IMG/VR virus record: IMGVR_UViG_3300032294_001228
Coordinates: 54,685 to 118,684 of that record
Length of the DNA stretch: 64,000 bases
From: a virus
Strand: one strand, 5' to 3'
The position numbers and the translations under genes were made by a program. The notes under the pieces were generated by a model that did no database searches, was not told the DNA's origin, and worked only from the letters and a program-made list of their open reading frames with translations. Below, one piece after another: positions 9,176-17,539 of this stretch (position 1 is the first letter of the stretch; each line of letters opens with the position of its first letter).

Positions 9176-9865
9176 ATGAACTCAAAACAATTTGTTGCTA
9201 AACTAGCACAAGATAATGAAGCACTATTTCAAGCAAGTGAAATGAACGTTGAAGCATATTTTAATAGTAATCCAACAACTGAACAACTAGTTGAACACTT
9301 CACAGGCCGTATGGTTAATGAACGTATGAACATGGTTGAAATCTCAGCTAAGATTGCTAGTGCACCAGCTTCAACAACTACAGAAGAACTAGCATTACTA
9401 AGCAAACAAGCATTAGATGAAGCTAATCACTTCCGTATGGTTAAAGAAGTTATTGAACACATCACAGGCAAAGAAGTTGACGTAGAAGCTGCTATTTCGG
9501 CAGAAGCTGCAAAACCAACTGCTAAAGGTGCTGCACTATTAGCCAAATACGAAGCAGAAAGCGATCCATTAGCTCTTGCAGCTTATCAGTTTATCGCTGA
9601 AGGTCGTGCAGAACGTGTATGGAACAAAATGGCTGAATGTATTCAAGACGAATTCATTTCAACAACATACGCTAAAATTGCTCGCGATGAAGGCTTCCAC
9701 AGCAACATCGGCCGTCGTAGTTTAGAGTTATTAGCTACTGATGCTGAAACACAAGCACGTGTAGAAGAAATTGCTCGCACAATGCGCATGGACTTGTTTG
9801 CTATTAGCTGCATGAACACAACTGCAACAGCAGAAGCTAAAAAATTAATGGGTGTTGCTTACTAA
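9176..9865 (+). CDS. Ferritin-like di-iron protein
   Basis: NERMN...DEANH...AEGRA...DEGFH (E, ExxH, E, ExxH); AAGGA RBS, late promoter and its own terminator. Confidence 0.75.
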   Translation: MNSKQFVAKLAQDNEALFQASEMNVEAYFNSNPTTEQLVEHFTGRMVNERMNMVEISAKIASAPASTTTEELALLSKQALDEANHFRMVKEVIEHITGKEVDVEAAISAEAAKPTAKGAALLAKYEAESDPLALAAYQFIAEGRAERVWNKMAECIQDEFISTTYAKIARDEGFHSNIGRRSLELLATDAETQARVEEIARTMRMDLFAISCMNTTATAEAKKLMGVAY

Positions 9866-9890
9866 GCATAATTAATTTTATAAGCACAGG

Positions 9891-9915
9891 AAAGGGAGCT
9901 TATGCTCCCTTTTTT
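9891..9915 (+). terminator. Rho-independent terminator
   Basis: AAAGGGAGC-TTAT-GCTCCCTTT plus TTT. Confidence 0.8.
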
Positions 9916-10153
9916 ATTGATGACAAAAGATTACACAAGATATGTAAAATGGTTTGCCGCTACGATGATTTTATGCGCTATGCCGTTGCACATCTTAGGC
10001 ATCACCCCGTACAATAGTATATTACAAATTGTAGGTGCACTTAGTTGGGTGTATGTTGGCGTCAAGTGGAATGAACGCTCACTTGTGCTTAATTTTCTTC
10101 CGCAGATTTTTATGATTATTGCCGGACTTATTTACTTTGCATATTTTAAATGA
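9902..10153 (+). CDS. Small membrane protein
   Basis: Three hydrophobic segments; the true start may be the second ATG (MTKDY). Confidence 0.65.
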   Translation: MLPFLLMTKDYTRYVKWFAATMILCAMPLHILGITPYNSILQIVGALSWVYVGVKWNERSLVLNFLPQIFMIIAGLIYFAYFK

Positions 10154-10689
10154 AAATAGCAATCAGTCAACGAGAAATAGTACACAATAATATCACATAC
10201 GATTGCCTTGAACAAGGGTGGTATAGGTCATTGTCTCAGCATGAAATACGACCAATCCCCAATGTTTCAAATATTGCCTTAGATTTTGACATGTTGATAT
10301 TGTCTGGTGGTAACACTAGTCCCAATCGCACTACAACAGAAACAATGTATTATAATATAGCATTGTTGAAAGGTGTGCCGATATTAGGTGTCTGTCATGG
10401 TGCATTTTTTATAAATGAATTTTATGGCGGTATTAATCAACCTATAGCAGGGCATCAAAACACTGCTCATAAAGTTGTACTAGATGGATACGAAGAATAT
10501 GTTAATAGCTTTCACACTAACAGCATCGGCCTAATAGGTAGAGATTTATTGCCTTTAGCAATCTGCCCACAAGATAATACTGTAGAAGCATTCAAACATG
10601 CCAGCCTGCCCATATGGGGCACTGTGTGGCATCCTGAACGTACTGGAGGATTTATACCAAAAGATTTACATAGGATATTAAATGCCTAA
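10150..10689 (+). CDS. Class I glutamine amidotransferase / peptidase C26-like
   Basis: LILSGG, ILGVCHG (catalytic Cys), VNSFH, WHPE (His-Glu). Confidence 0.88.
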   Translation: MKIAISQREIVHNNITYDCLEQGWYRSLSQHEIRPIPNVSNIALDFDMLILSGGNTSPNRTTTETMYYNIALLKGVPILGVCHGAFFINEFYGGINQPIAGHQNTAHKVVLDGYEEYVNSFHTNSIGLIGRDLLPLAICPQDNTVEAFKHASLPIWGTVWHPERTGGFIPKDLHRILNA

Positions 10690-11317
10690 GATGCTGATAC
10701 TTACAGGACCGCAAGGTGCTGGCAATCATCTGTGGAGTAAAATATTCAGCTTACATCCTGAAGTCTATGGGTGGAAAACTCTACTAGACAACTATTGGGA
10801 GGCACATCGTTTCTCAGAGCCATTTGCCCAACACTGGCGTGATCATGCGCTATTAGATGACTTTGATTGGTCGCAGAGTGACTATTACTTTACCAGTATC
10901 AGCTGTCCGTTAGGTATCATAGGCAGTGAAGTGAATCCTGTATGGAATCCAAATGTGGCAAAATTTGCTGAACGTGTCGCTAGTTTAGGTATTGAGATAG
11001 AAGTAGCTGTTATAGGTCGCGATCAAACGATACTGGCTAATCAACAGACTCGTATCCGTACTCAATCCACAGTAGATATGCTATTAACACAGTTACCTGA
11101 TATTATTGATCCAACGTTTTTAAGTTACGAATTATTATATCTATACAAACAAGACTATCTTAAAAGTTTAAAATTTAATATACCTGTGGCCTGGAATGAC
11201 CCTAGAGTTAATAGCATACTCGCTGATGATGCTAATGCCAAATACATTCACAGTGTGGAGTATAATCCTCTAGATGAGGGTAATAAACAAGGGATAACAT
11301 TCGCAAATAAACCATGA
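10682..11317 (+). CDS. P-loop/sulfotransferase-like protein, paralog A
   Basis: LILTGPQGAGNHLWSKIFS...IGRD...LSYE. Confidence 0.5.
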   Translation: MPKMLILTGPQGAGNHLWSKIFSLHPEVYGWKTLLDNYWEAHRFSEPFAQHWRDHALLDDFDWSQSDYYFTSISCPLGIIGSEVNPVWNPNVAKFAERVASLGIEIEVAVIGRDQTILANQQTRIRTQSTVDMLLTQLPDIIDPTFLSYELLYLYKQDYLKSLKFNIPVAWNDPRVNSILADDANAKYIHSVEYNPLDEGNKQGITFANKP

Positions 11318-11967
11318 AGAAACTACTGATCATAACGGGTCCTCAGGGCAGTGGAAATCACGTGTTCAGCCGCATATTCAGCATGCACGAATGTGTGGGT
11401 GGGTGGAAAGAACTAGTAGACAAGTATTGGGTACCTAGTGATCTAGAGCCCTTTGCCGAATATTGGGTCTACCCTGAACGTCTAACTACAGATGCCTTTG
11501 AAGGATACGAATATTGGTTGGCTAATGTAAGTGTGCCCTTTGTCTACGATGGTGTGCGTCAAACTCCTAAGATCCTAGAGTTTGCCCAAAGAGCCAAATC
11601 ATTAGGCATAGATGTTTCTATAGCTATAATTGTGCGTGATCAAAATATACAAGCAGCGCAACAGTTGCGAGTGCGAAAGGAAATAACCTTGCCTATAGCG
11701 CAGGAATACTACTACAATCACCTCTTAACCAGCAATTTTCCTGTATATTTCTTGGATAATGAGGCCTTATTTTTACACCGTGAGCACTATCTTAAATACG
11801 TCAGCAGACTATTAGATTTTCCCGTTTGTTGGTATGATCCTAGAGTATTTAAATTCATCGAAGAAGATCCCAATCGCAAGTATGTCAAACATGTAGAAGA
11901 ATATTGGTTAGACCAAGAAGTATGGCACGGTATACAGCCCAAGAGTGCTCGCGGTCTAGATAAATAA
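11314..11967 (+). CDS. P-loop/sulfotransferase-like protein, paralog B
   Basis: LIITGPQGSGNHVFSRIFS...IVRD; clearly homologous to 10682 (YW...EPFA.W, QQ.R.R, W.DPRV, D.N.KY). Confidence 0.5.
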   Translation: MKKLLIITGPQGSGNHVFSRIFSMHECVGGWKELVDKYWVPSDLEPFAEYWVYPERLTTDAFEGYEYWLANVSVPFVYDGVRQTPKILEFAQRAKSLGIDVSIAIIVRDQNIQAAQQLRVRKEITLPIAQEYYYNHLLTSNFPVYFLDNEALFLHREHYLKYVSRLLDFPVCWYDPRVFKFIEEDPNRKYVKHVEEYWLDQEVWHGIQPKSARGLDK

Positions 11968-11985
11968 TGTAAAGAGTAGGAAATT

Positions 11986-12528
11986 ATGAGTAAAGTAATC
12001 ACTGACGTAATTGAAAATACCAAAGAAATCTTTATGACTGACAGCAGTCTGGCTACTCTGCTAGATTTTGAACGTGTTTTAGATGAACTTGATCTATATG
12101 TGTTTGCACATTGGAAAGATGGCGAACTTGTTGAAGGTCCAGTTTATGAAAAATATTTTGTAACTTGTACATTCATGTGGCCTTACAAACTAATGCCAGA
12201 TCCACGTGGAGGTGAGCGCCTAATAGACTACGACTGCGAAGTATATTATGCTAAAGATACACTAGAATATCCTATTAAGGTCAAAACGCCAGATGATTTT
12301 GAGCCAGGCACTAAAATGCCTAAAATGGGCAAAAAACCCGTTTGGTTAGTGACAGTAGTTATGCCTAAGAAACTCATGCAAGAAATACAACAAGGCAGTC
12401 TAGATTTAGAAAGTGCTACTCTTGACATGGAAGACATTGAAAAAGCCTACGAGGAAGGAGAAGGTAACGAAGCTAGTTTTTCTCCAGAAGATGAGATGAA
12501 TCAAAACAATGCACAATTACAATTTTAA
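11986..12528 (+). CDS. Conserved hypothetical late protein
   Basis: 180 aa; ATAAATA upstream at about 11960. Confidence 0.7.
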   Translation: MSKVITDVIENTKEIFMTDSSLATLLDFERVLDELDLYVFAHWKDGELVEGPVYEKYFVTCTFMWPYKLMPDPRGGERLIDYDCEVYYAKDTLEYPIKVKTPDDFEPGTKMPKMGKKPVWLVTVVMPKKLMQEIQQGSLDLESATLDMEDIEKAYEEGEGNEASFSPEDEMNQNNAQLQF

Positions 12529-12529
12529 T

Positions 12530-13084
12530 ATGCTAAAAGAAAACTTAGAGCACGGTGATCTTAAACGATTGATTCACTCTGAACTGCACATTGACGAATA
12601 CAAAAGTAAAATGGGAGATGATGCAGATATTTGTGTGTTAAGTTTTAAAGTTTCAGGTAAAGAACCTAGTACTGATTTAGTTAACTTCATCGAAAAAGGT
12701 TACGATTATGTATTAGATGCGGACGTAAGTTCAGGAGAAAAGGAGGGCGGAGATTACTTAGTCTTTGTCGAACTAGATAGAACTCCAGAACTACCTAGTC
12801 AGATATTTCAAATAATTGAGGATATTTTAAATTTAACAAAGCAAGACCTAGCTGATTGGCGTTTCCGTTATCGCAAATCCCCAACAGATTATGATCTTAC
12901 TGAGGATAATTTGGAAAAAATTGTTCCGCTTACCCCAGACACATATAATAAGAAATATGAAAAAGAGCAACGAGACCAAAAAGAACTCGATGCTCTTAAA
13001 ACAGCCGCTGGTGTAGATGTAGATGCCACTGCACCTGTGAATGATTTTACGGAGAGCCTAAGAGTAGCGGCAGGACTAAAATAA
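12530..13084 (+). CDS. Hypothetical protein
   Basis: ORF 12509..13084; start likely at ATG 12530 (MLKENLE), just after the previous stop. Confidence 0.65.
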   Translation: MLKENLEHGDLKRLIHSELHIDEYKSKMGDDADICVLSFKVSGKEPSTDLVNFIEKGYDYVLDADVSSGEKEGGDYLVFVELDRTPELPSQIFQIIEDILNLTKQDLADWRFRYRKSPTDYDLTEDNLEKIVPLTPDTYNKKYEKEQRDQKELDALKTAAGVDVDATAPVNDFTESLRVAAGLK

Positions 13085-13103
13085 TTTTTGAAAGGAATCA
13101 ACT

Positions 13104-13946
13104 ATGCAAATCACAGCAGGACATATCAAAGCACTATTTCCCAAATACAAATATCCAGAAGATCTAGCTGAAGCCCTAACAGAATCTTTTGACAAGTATG
13201 ATATCAATACTGTCAATCGTGCGGCAGGTTTCCTAGCACAATGCGGACATGAAAGTGCTGGATTTACTATTTTACAAGAAAACTTAAACTATAGTGCCGA
13301 CGGTTTGAACAAGATATTTAAGAAATACTTTCCAACAGTAGCAGATGCTACACCTTATGCTCGCAATCCACAAAAGATCGCTAACAAGGTCTACGGTGGA
13401 CGTATGGGCAACGGTCCTGAGTCCAGTGGTGATGGCTACAAGTTCCGTGGTCGCGGTGCTATCCAGTTAACTGGTCGTGACAACTACACACAGTTTGCCA
13501 AAGCTGTAGGTCTTACATTAGATGAAGCTGTAGCAGACTTAGAAACACTTGACGGTGCTATCGAGTCAGCTTGCTGGTTCTGGAAGAAGAACGGCTTAAA
13601 TGCTATCTGTGACAAAGATGATCTTGTTCTAATGACTAAGCGTATCAACGGTGGCACTATCGGTCTTGAAGATCGTAAGAAACACTACGAACATGCTAAA
13701 CACGTATTAGGTGGCGATCATGTAGCCGAATCACATAGTGCGCCGGCCGCTACAGAATATGTAACAGTACGTTTAGGAAGTAACAACGACACAGTTAAAG
13801 CAGTGCAACGAGCATTAGGATTAACAGCAGATGGTGCATTTGGTCCTGGCACAGAACGTGCAGTCAAAGCCTGGCAAACTAAAAATGGGCTAGCCGCTGA
13901 CGGTATCGTTGGTCCTGCTACTATTAAAAAGATGCTAGGCGAATAA
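13104..13946 (+). CDS. Endolysin: GH19 catalytic domain plus C-terminal peptidoglycan-binding domain
   Basis: FLAQCGHES, ENLNYS, YKFRGRGAIQLTGRDNY, INGGTIGLEDR; C-terminal ADGAFGPGTERAVKAWQ...ADGIVGPAT. Confidence 0.92.
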   Translation: MQITAGHIKALFPKYKYPEDLAEALTESFDKYDINTVNRAAGFLAQCGHESAGFTILQENLNYSADGLNKIFKKYFPTVADATPYARNPQKIANKVYGGRMGNGPESSGDGYKFRGRGAIQLTGRDNYTQFAKAVGLTLDEAVADLETLDGAIESACWFWKKNGLNAICDKDDLVLMTKRINGGTIGLEDRKKHYEHAKHVLGGDHVAESHSAPAATEYVTVRLGSNNDTVKAVQRALGLTADGAFGPGTERAVKAWQTKNGLAADGIVGPATIKKMLGE

Positions 13947-13947
13947 C

Positions 13948-14394
13948 ATGTGGTTATTACACTTCTTACCTGACAGTTTCTTACATACTATCATTAATAT
14001 AGTTCTATTTGCAGGATTAGGACTTACAGTTATAGGGTTCTTTTTGATAGGATTCATTCCTGGAGCACGTAACTACAAAACATTGGTACAAATTTTAGGT
14101 GTTGTTCTGTTAGTAGCAGGCATCTACTGGAAAGGTGGTTACGGTGTTGAGATGGAATGGCGTGCCCGTGTAGCAGAAGTTGAAAAGAAAGTAGCTATCG
14201 CAGAAGCCAAAGCTAAACAAGCTAACACTAAGGTACAAGAAAAAATCGTAACTAAGATCGTTAAGATCAAAGAAAAAGCTGAAATAGCCAAAGAAGGCAT
14301 ACGTAGAAATAAAGAAAAAATCAATGCAGAATGCAAACTCAGCGACGAAGCGGTCGCCGCTTATAATCAAAGTATCATCAAGGAGAAGAAATAA
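13948..14394 (+). CDS. Putative i-spanin (Rz-like)
   Basis: N-terminal TM segments, then a coiled-coil periplasmic region with a C-terminal Cys; follows the endolysin. Confidence 0.65.
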   Translation: MWLLHFLPDSFLHTIINIVLFAGLGLTVIGFFLIGFIPGARNYKTLVQILGVVLLVAGIYWKGGYGVEMEWRARVAEVEKKVAIAEAKAKQANTKVQEKIVTKIVKIKEKAEIAKEGIRRNKEKINAECKLSDEAVAAYNQSIIKEKK

Positions 14395-14660
14395 TGCGTA
14401 ACTTACTCCTAGCCGGTTTATTGTTATTAACAGGTTGTGCTACATCGGTGCCGGTAACTATGAGTTTCCCACAGGCACCAGAAGCACTAGCTAAACCCTG
14501 CGATCTATTACTACCATTAGATCCCGCTAAACGTGAATTATCAGATCTATTAGAAAATACCACAGACAACTATGCCAAGGCCAAAGAATGTCATGCTAAG
14601 AGTAAGGCTTGGTTAGAATGGTACGAAACACAACGTAAAATATTTGAGGAAGTCAAATGA
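14394..14660 (+). CDS. Putative o-spanin lipoprotein (Rz1-like)
   Basis: Lipobox LLTGC; Pro-rich FPQAPEALAKPC; C...C pair. Confidence 0.7.
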   Translation: MRNLLLAGLLLLTGCATSVPVTMSFPQAPEALAKPCDLLLPLDPAKRELSDLLENTTDNYAKAKECHAKSKAWLEWYETQRKIFEEVK

Positions 14661-15076
14661 AAAAATTAGCTATTGCTTTAACACTAGTCTTACTAACAGG
14701 TTGTGCGACTATACAACAGAGCACACTTTATCGTGCTTGGAATATGCCTAAGTTTGACAACAATGAATATAGCCAGATCAACACAATCCGTACAGTGGCT
14801 AACTTAGGTGCGGCTAAGTGTGGCACACCCGAAGTAGTGCCTGTGGTAGATAGCCTATTCTACAAGTCAGTAGAATTTAAAAATTATTCATCTAGTATTC
14901 CACACAATGAAGAAGTGATAAAGATGAGTGGTGAACTAGCAGAAATCATCAAAGGACTAAACACGAGATATCATGAGAAGGAACCTGTAAGTCCTTCATA
15001 TTGTACTCTCAAATTCGGCACTATTGAGAAAAACGCAGTAACAATACAAAATGTTATAGGAGCAAAACCACGATGA
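14657..15076 (+). CDS. Second lipoprotein in the lysis cassette
   Basis: MKK-hydrophobic-LLTGC lipobox. Confidence 0.7.
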   Translation: MKKLAIALTLVLLTGCATIQQSTLYRAWNMPKFDNNEYSQINTIRTVANLGAAKCGTPEVVPVVDSLFYKSVEFKNYSSSIPHNEEVIKMSGELAEIIKGLNTRYHEKEPVSPSYCTLKFGTIEKNAVTIQNVIGAKPR

Positions 15077-15267
15077 GTACCGTATCACAAGCACAAGAAT
15101 TAGATGCACAATATAAAGCTGGTAATTTATCAGCTAGTGAATATAAAGAACTATTAGAAGATCTTAAACATACTGCTGCCGTAAATGAAGCCGCAGGTGA
15201 TTTGGCAAAATTAACACAGATACATGAAGTATTAGATGGATTAAAGTCTGCCGCTGGCTTAATTTAA
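15073..15267 (+). CDS. Hypothetical protein
   Basis: 64-aa helical ORF coupled by an ATGA overlap. Confidence 0.6.
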   Translation: MSTVSQAQELDAQYKAGNLSASEYKELLEDLKHTAAVNEAAGDLAKLTQIHEVLDGLKSAAGLI

Positions 15268-15314
15268 CCAAATGCAATAAATACTATTATAATAAAGCAC
15301 TAGGAGCATAGACA

Positions 15315-15605
15315 ATGACATCAGCAGCAGAACAAAAAACAGCAGATTGGATGACCACTAAGTGGCGCCCATTGATGGCTGTAACATACATGGCTACAAT
15401 TTGGTTTGACTTCATCGTAGGTCCAATCATTTTTAACATATTACAATATCTTAATCCAGGTCAAGCTGTATCAAGCTGGACTCCTTTAACACTCCAAGGC
15501 GGTGGTTTATATCATTTGAGTATGGGTGCTATCTTAGGTATAGCGGCATTTACACGTGGTAAAGAAAAGATCGCGGAGATTGAAGCGGGAAAACCTCAGG
15601 GGTAG
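15315..15605 (+). CDS. Putative holin (GTA 3TM-holin-like), short form
   Basis: KWRPLMAVTY...TM...LYHLSMGAILGIAAFTRGKEK; AGGAG RBS; late promoter; lysis context. Confidence 0.7.
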   Translation: MTSAAEQKTADWMTTKWRPLMAVTYMATIWFDFIVGPIIFNILQYLNPGQAVSSWTPLTLQGGGLYHLSMGAILGIAAFTRGKEKIAEIEAGKPQG

Positions 15606-15630
15606 GAACAGCCCCGGACGTAAGTGTTCC
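15587..15630 (+). promoter_or_regulatory. -1 programmed ribosomal frameshift signal (slippery heptamer plus H-type pseudoknot)
   Basis: In-frame G GGA AAA (15587-15593); 5-nt spacer; stem1 GGGGU 15599-15603 / GCCCC 15611-15615; stem2 GGAACA 15605-15610 / UGUUCC 15625-15630. Confidence 0.8.
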
Positions 15631-15826
15631 ACAACAACCTCAATGGTTAAGTCAACCTGCACCAGAGAATAATGTTCCTGAGGCAGCCCCAGAGGTAATT
15701 CAAGAGTTTGAAGCGACTGAAATCGCAGATACTCAAGAGCTTGTGGAAATGCCTACAGAACCAGAGATTGCAGAAACTCCTGAAGCAGTAGATCCAAATC
15801 GCCCAGCGAGACGTAAGAAAAAATAA
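15593..15826 (+). CDS. -1 frame C-terminal extension of the holin (77 aa; long form about 170 aa)
   Basis: Open -1 frame TSGVGTAPDVSVPQQPQWLSQPAPENNVPEAAPEVIQEFEATEIADTQELVEMPTEPEIAETPEAVDPNRPARRKKK*; phage-typical codons, no RBS-linked start at its 5' end. Confidence 0.75.
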   Translation, partial: TSGVGTAPDVSVPQQPQWLSQPAPENNVPEAAPEVIQEFEATEIADTQELVEMPTEPEIAETPEAVDPNRPARRKKK

Positions 15827-15839
15827 TCTAGTTTAGAAC

Positions 15840-15868
15840 TAGACATTAAATAAAAGGTAAGCTATAAT
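15840..15868 (+). promoter_or_regulatory. sigma70 promoter with nested late element
   Basis: TAGACA-17-TATAAT; TAAATA at 15847-15852. Confidence 0.6.
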
Positions 15869-15890
15869 AACATATAGTTTACCTTTTTTT
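15852..15890 (+). terminator. Terminator of the lysis cassette
   Basis: AAAAGGTAAGCTATA / TATAGTTTACCTTTT stem (one G-U) plus a T run. Confidence 0.7.
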
Positions 15891-15905
15891 ATCAATGGAG
15901 TTATA

Positions 15906-16619
15906 ATGGAATACGTCGAAGAGCAGGGCCCTTTATTAGAAAGTCTGGTTTATCTTAATCAAGCCAAAGTTATCGTAGAAGTTGGTGTAGCAGAAGCCAA
16001 GTCAACAGATTGGTTATGCCGTGGTGCCAAACTACGCAATGGATTCGTCTATGGATATGATCTATGGGACACACATGGTTTGATGAATCAATTTCAACAT
16101 TGGTCCAGCAAAGAAAAATGTGAAGCGTATCTACAATCAAAAGGTCACACAAATTTTGAATTAACCAAAATCAATTCAAGAACTCCAGAATTTGTAGAAC
16201 TAATTAAAACTAAACATCCTGTAATTGATTTGGCATTTATCGACGGATGCCATAGCTATGATGGTATTAAAAATGACTTTGATGCTATCTATCCACAACT
16301 AAGTGAGTGTGGTGTTATCGTATTCCATGATACATTACGTATCGATGGTTGCAGAGAATTCATGATTGATCTACGCACCAAGTTCTGGGATGGCACGTAT
16401 GATCTTATCACTTTTCCTTTTGGTAGCATGTTCTACAGCGATGGTAATGTAGTAGATCGCCGTACAGGGATCAGTGTATTGGCTAAACGTAGCTTTGCTA
16501 CATTAGACTTACCAATCGACGAACAGTGTAACTTAGATGAACACTACCAAGAAATCTACGTTAAAGAAGAAGAGTGGTACGAAGCAGAACTTAAACGTGC
16601 CGCTAAAATGAAAAAATAA
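15906..16619 (+). CDS. Class I SAM methyltransferase (Methyltransf_24-like)
   Basis: VIVEVGVAEAKS, IDLAFIDGCHSY, GVIVFHD. Confidence 0.85.
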   Translation: MEYVEEQGPLLESLVYLNQAKVIVEVGVAEAKSTDWLCRGAKLRNGFVYGYDLWDTHGLMNQFQHWSSKEKCEAYLQSKGHTNFELTKINSRTPEFVELIKTKHPVIDLAFIDGCHSYDGIKNDFDAIYPQLSECGVIVFHDTLRIDGCREFMIDLRTKFWDGTYDLITFPFGSMFYSDGNVVDRRTGISVLAKRSFATLDLPIDEQCNLDEHYQEIYVKEEEWYEAELKRAAKMKK

Positions 16620-16659
16620 AGAATAGACAAGATAAACATTTTCTTGTAATATAAACAAT

Positions 16660-17517
16660 ATGGCTGATGCATATGAAACGTTAGGTGTGCCCAGAGGGGC
16701 ATCTGAAGACGAGATCAAAAAAGCATATCGAAAACTAGCGGCAAAACATCACCCAGATCGTGGTGGTGATACTGCTAAGTTCCAAGAGATACAGACTGCT
16801 TACGATACTCTTTCAGATCCTCACAAACGTGCCGCACACGATAATCCAAGTCCGTTTAGTCAATTTGACAACGGCAATGGCACTCATTTTGAATTTCATT
16901 TTGGACATGACAATATCAATGACATATTCAGTCAGGTATTCCGTCAACATGGCCATCCATTTGGCGGACCAAACCCGTTCAATCAACGTCAGCCTAGACG
17001 CAACAAAGACCTAAGGGTACAATTACATATAAATCTTTCCGACACTTTAACGACACAGCGTAAAACCATAGCTGTGCAAACTACTAAAGGTGATCGCTAC
17101 AGTGTAGATGTTGAAATACCTCGAGGGATTAGTAACGGGACTACTATCAAGTATAGCGGTATGGGCGATAACATGTTTGATTCCTTGACAAGAGGAGATT
17201 TATATGTTATAATAGTTGTAAACAATGATACTTCGTTTGACATTCAAGGCGTAAATCTAATATACACAGCAACTATTGACAGTATTGATGCTATGTTAGG
17301 AACAGAAAAAATTATACGTGGTATTGACGGTAAAGAATATTTAGTGAAAATACCGCAGGGATGTCAACCAGATACAAGGTTTGGTTTAGGCGGACAGGGG
17401 CTATTTCAAATGAATGCCACTGTGAGAGGTGATATAATAGTTGTTGTTAACATTGTAACTCCTTCACTGTCCCAAGAACAATTAAACATACTTAGAACCA
17501 TTAGACCTATCAACTAA
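16660..17517 (+). CDS. dnaJ: DnaJ/CbpA-type co-chaperone (J domain plus C-terminal domain, no Zn finger)
   Basis: [19 protein letters not shown] (HPD motif), G/F-rich linker, RGDLYV. Confidence 0.92.
   Translation: MADAYETLGVPRGASEDEIKKAYRKLAAKHHPDRGGDTAKFQEIQTAYDTLSDPHKRAAHDNPSPFSQFDNGNGTHFEFHFGHDNINDIFSQVFRQHGHPFGGPNPFNQRQPRRNKDLRVQLHINLSDTLTTQRKTIAVQTTKGDRYSVDVEIPRGISNGTTIKYSGMGDNMFDSLTRGDLYVIIVVNNDTSFDIQGVNLIYTATIDSIDAMLGTEKIIRGIDGKEYLVKIPQGCQPDTRFGLGGQGLFQMNATVRGDIIVVVNIVTPSLSQEQLNILRTIRPIN
17185..17213 (+). promoter_or_regulatory. Perfect sigma70 promoter inside dnaJ
   Basis: TTGACA-17 nt-TATAAT with an extended -10 TG. Confidence 0.7.
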
Positions 17518-17539
17518 ATATTTTATATTGAGGTGTACT

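Noticed and set aside
15603-15623. Amber read-through of the holin TAG
   Set aside because: Frame 0 closes again after five codons (TAA 15621-15623); only the -1 frame explains the downstream coding-like sequence.
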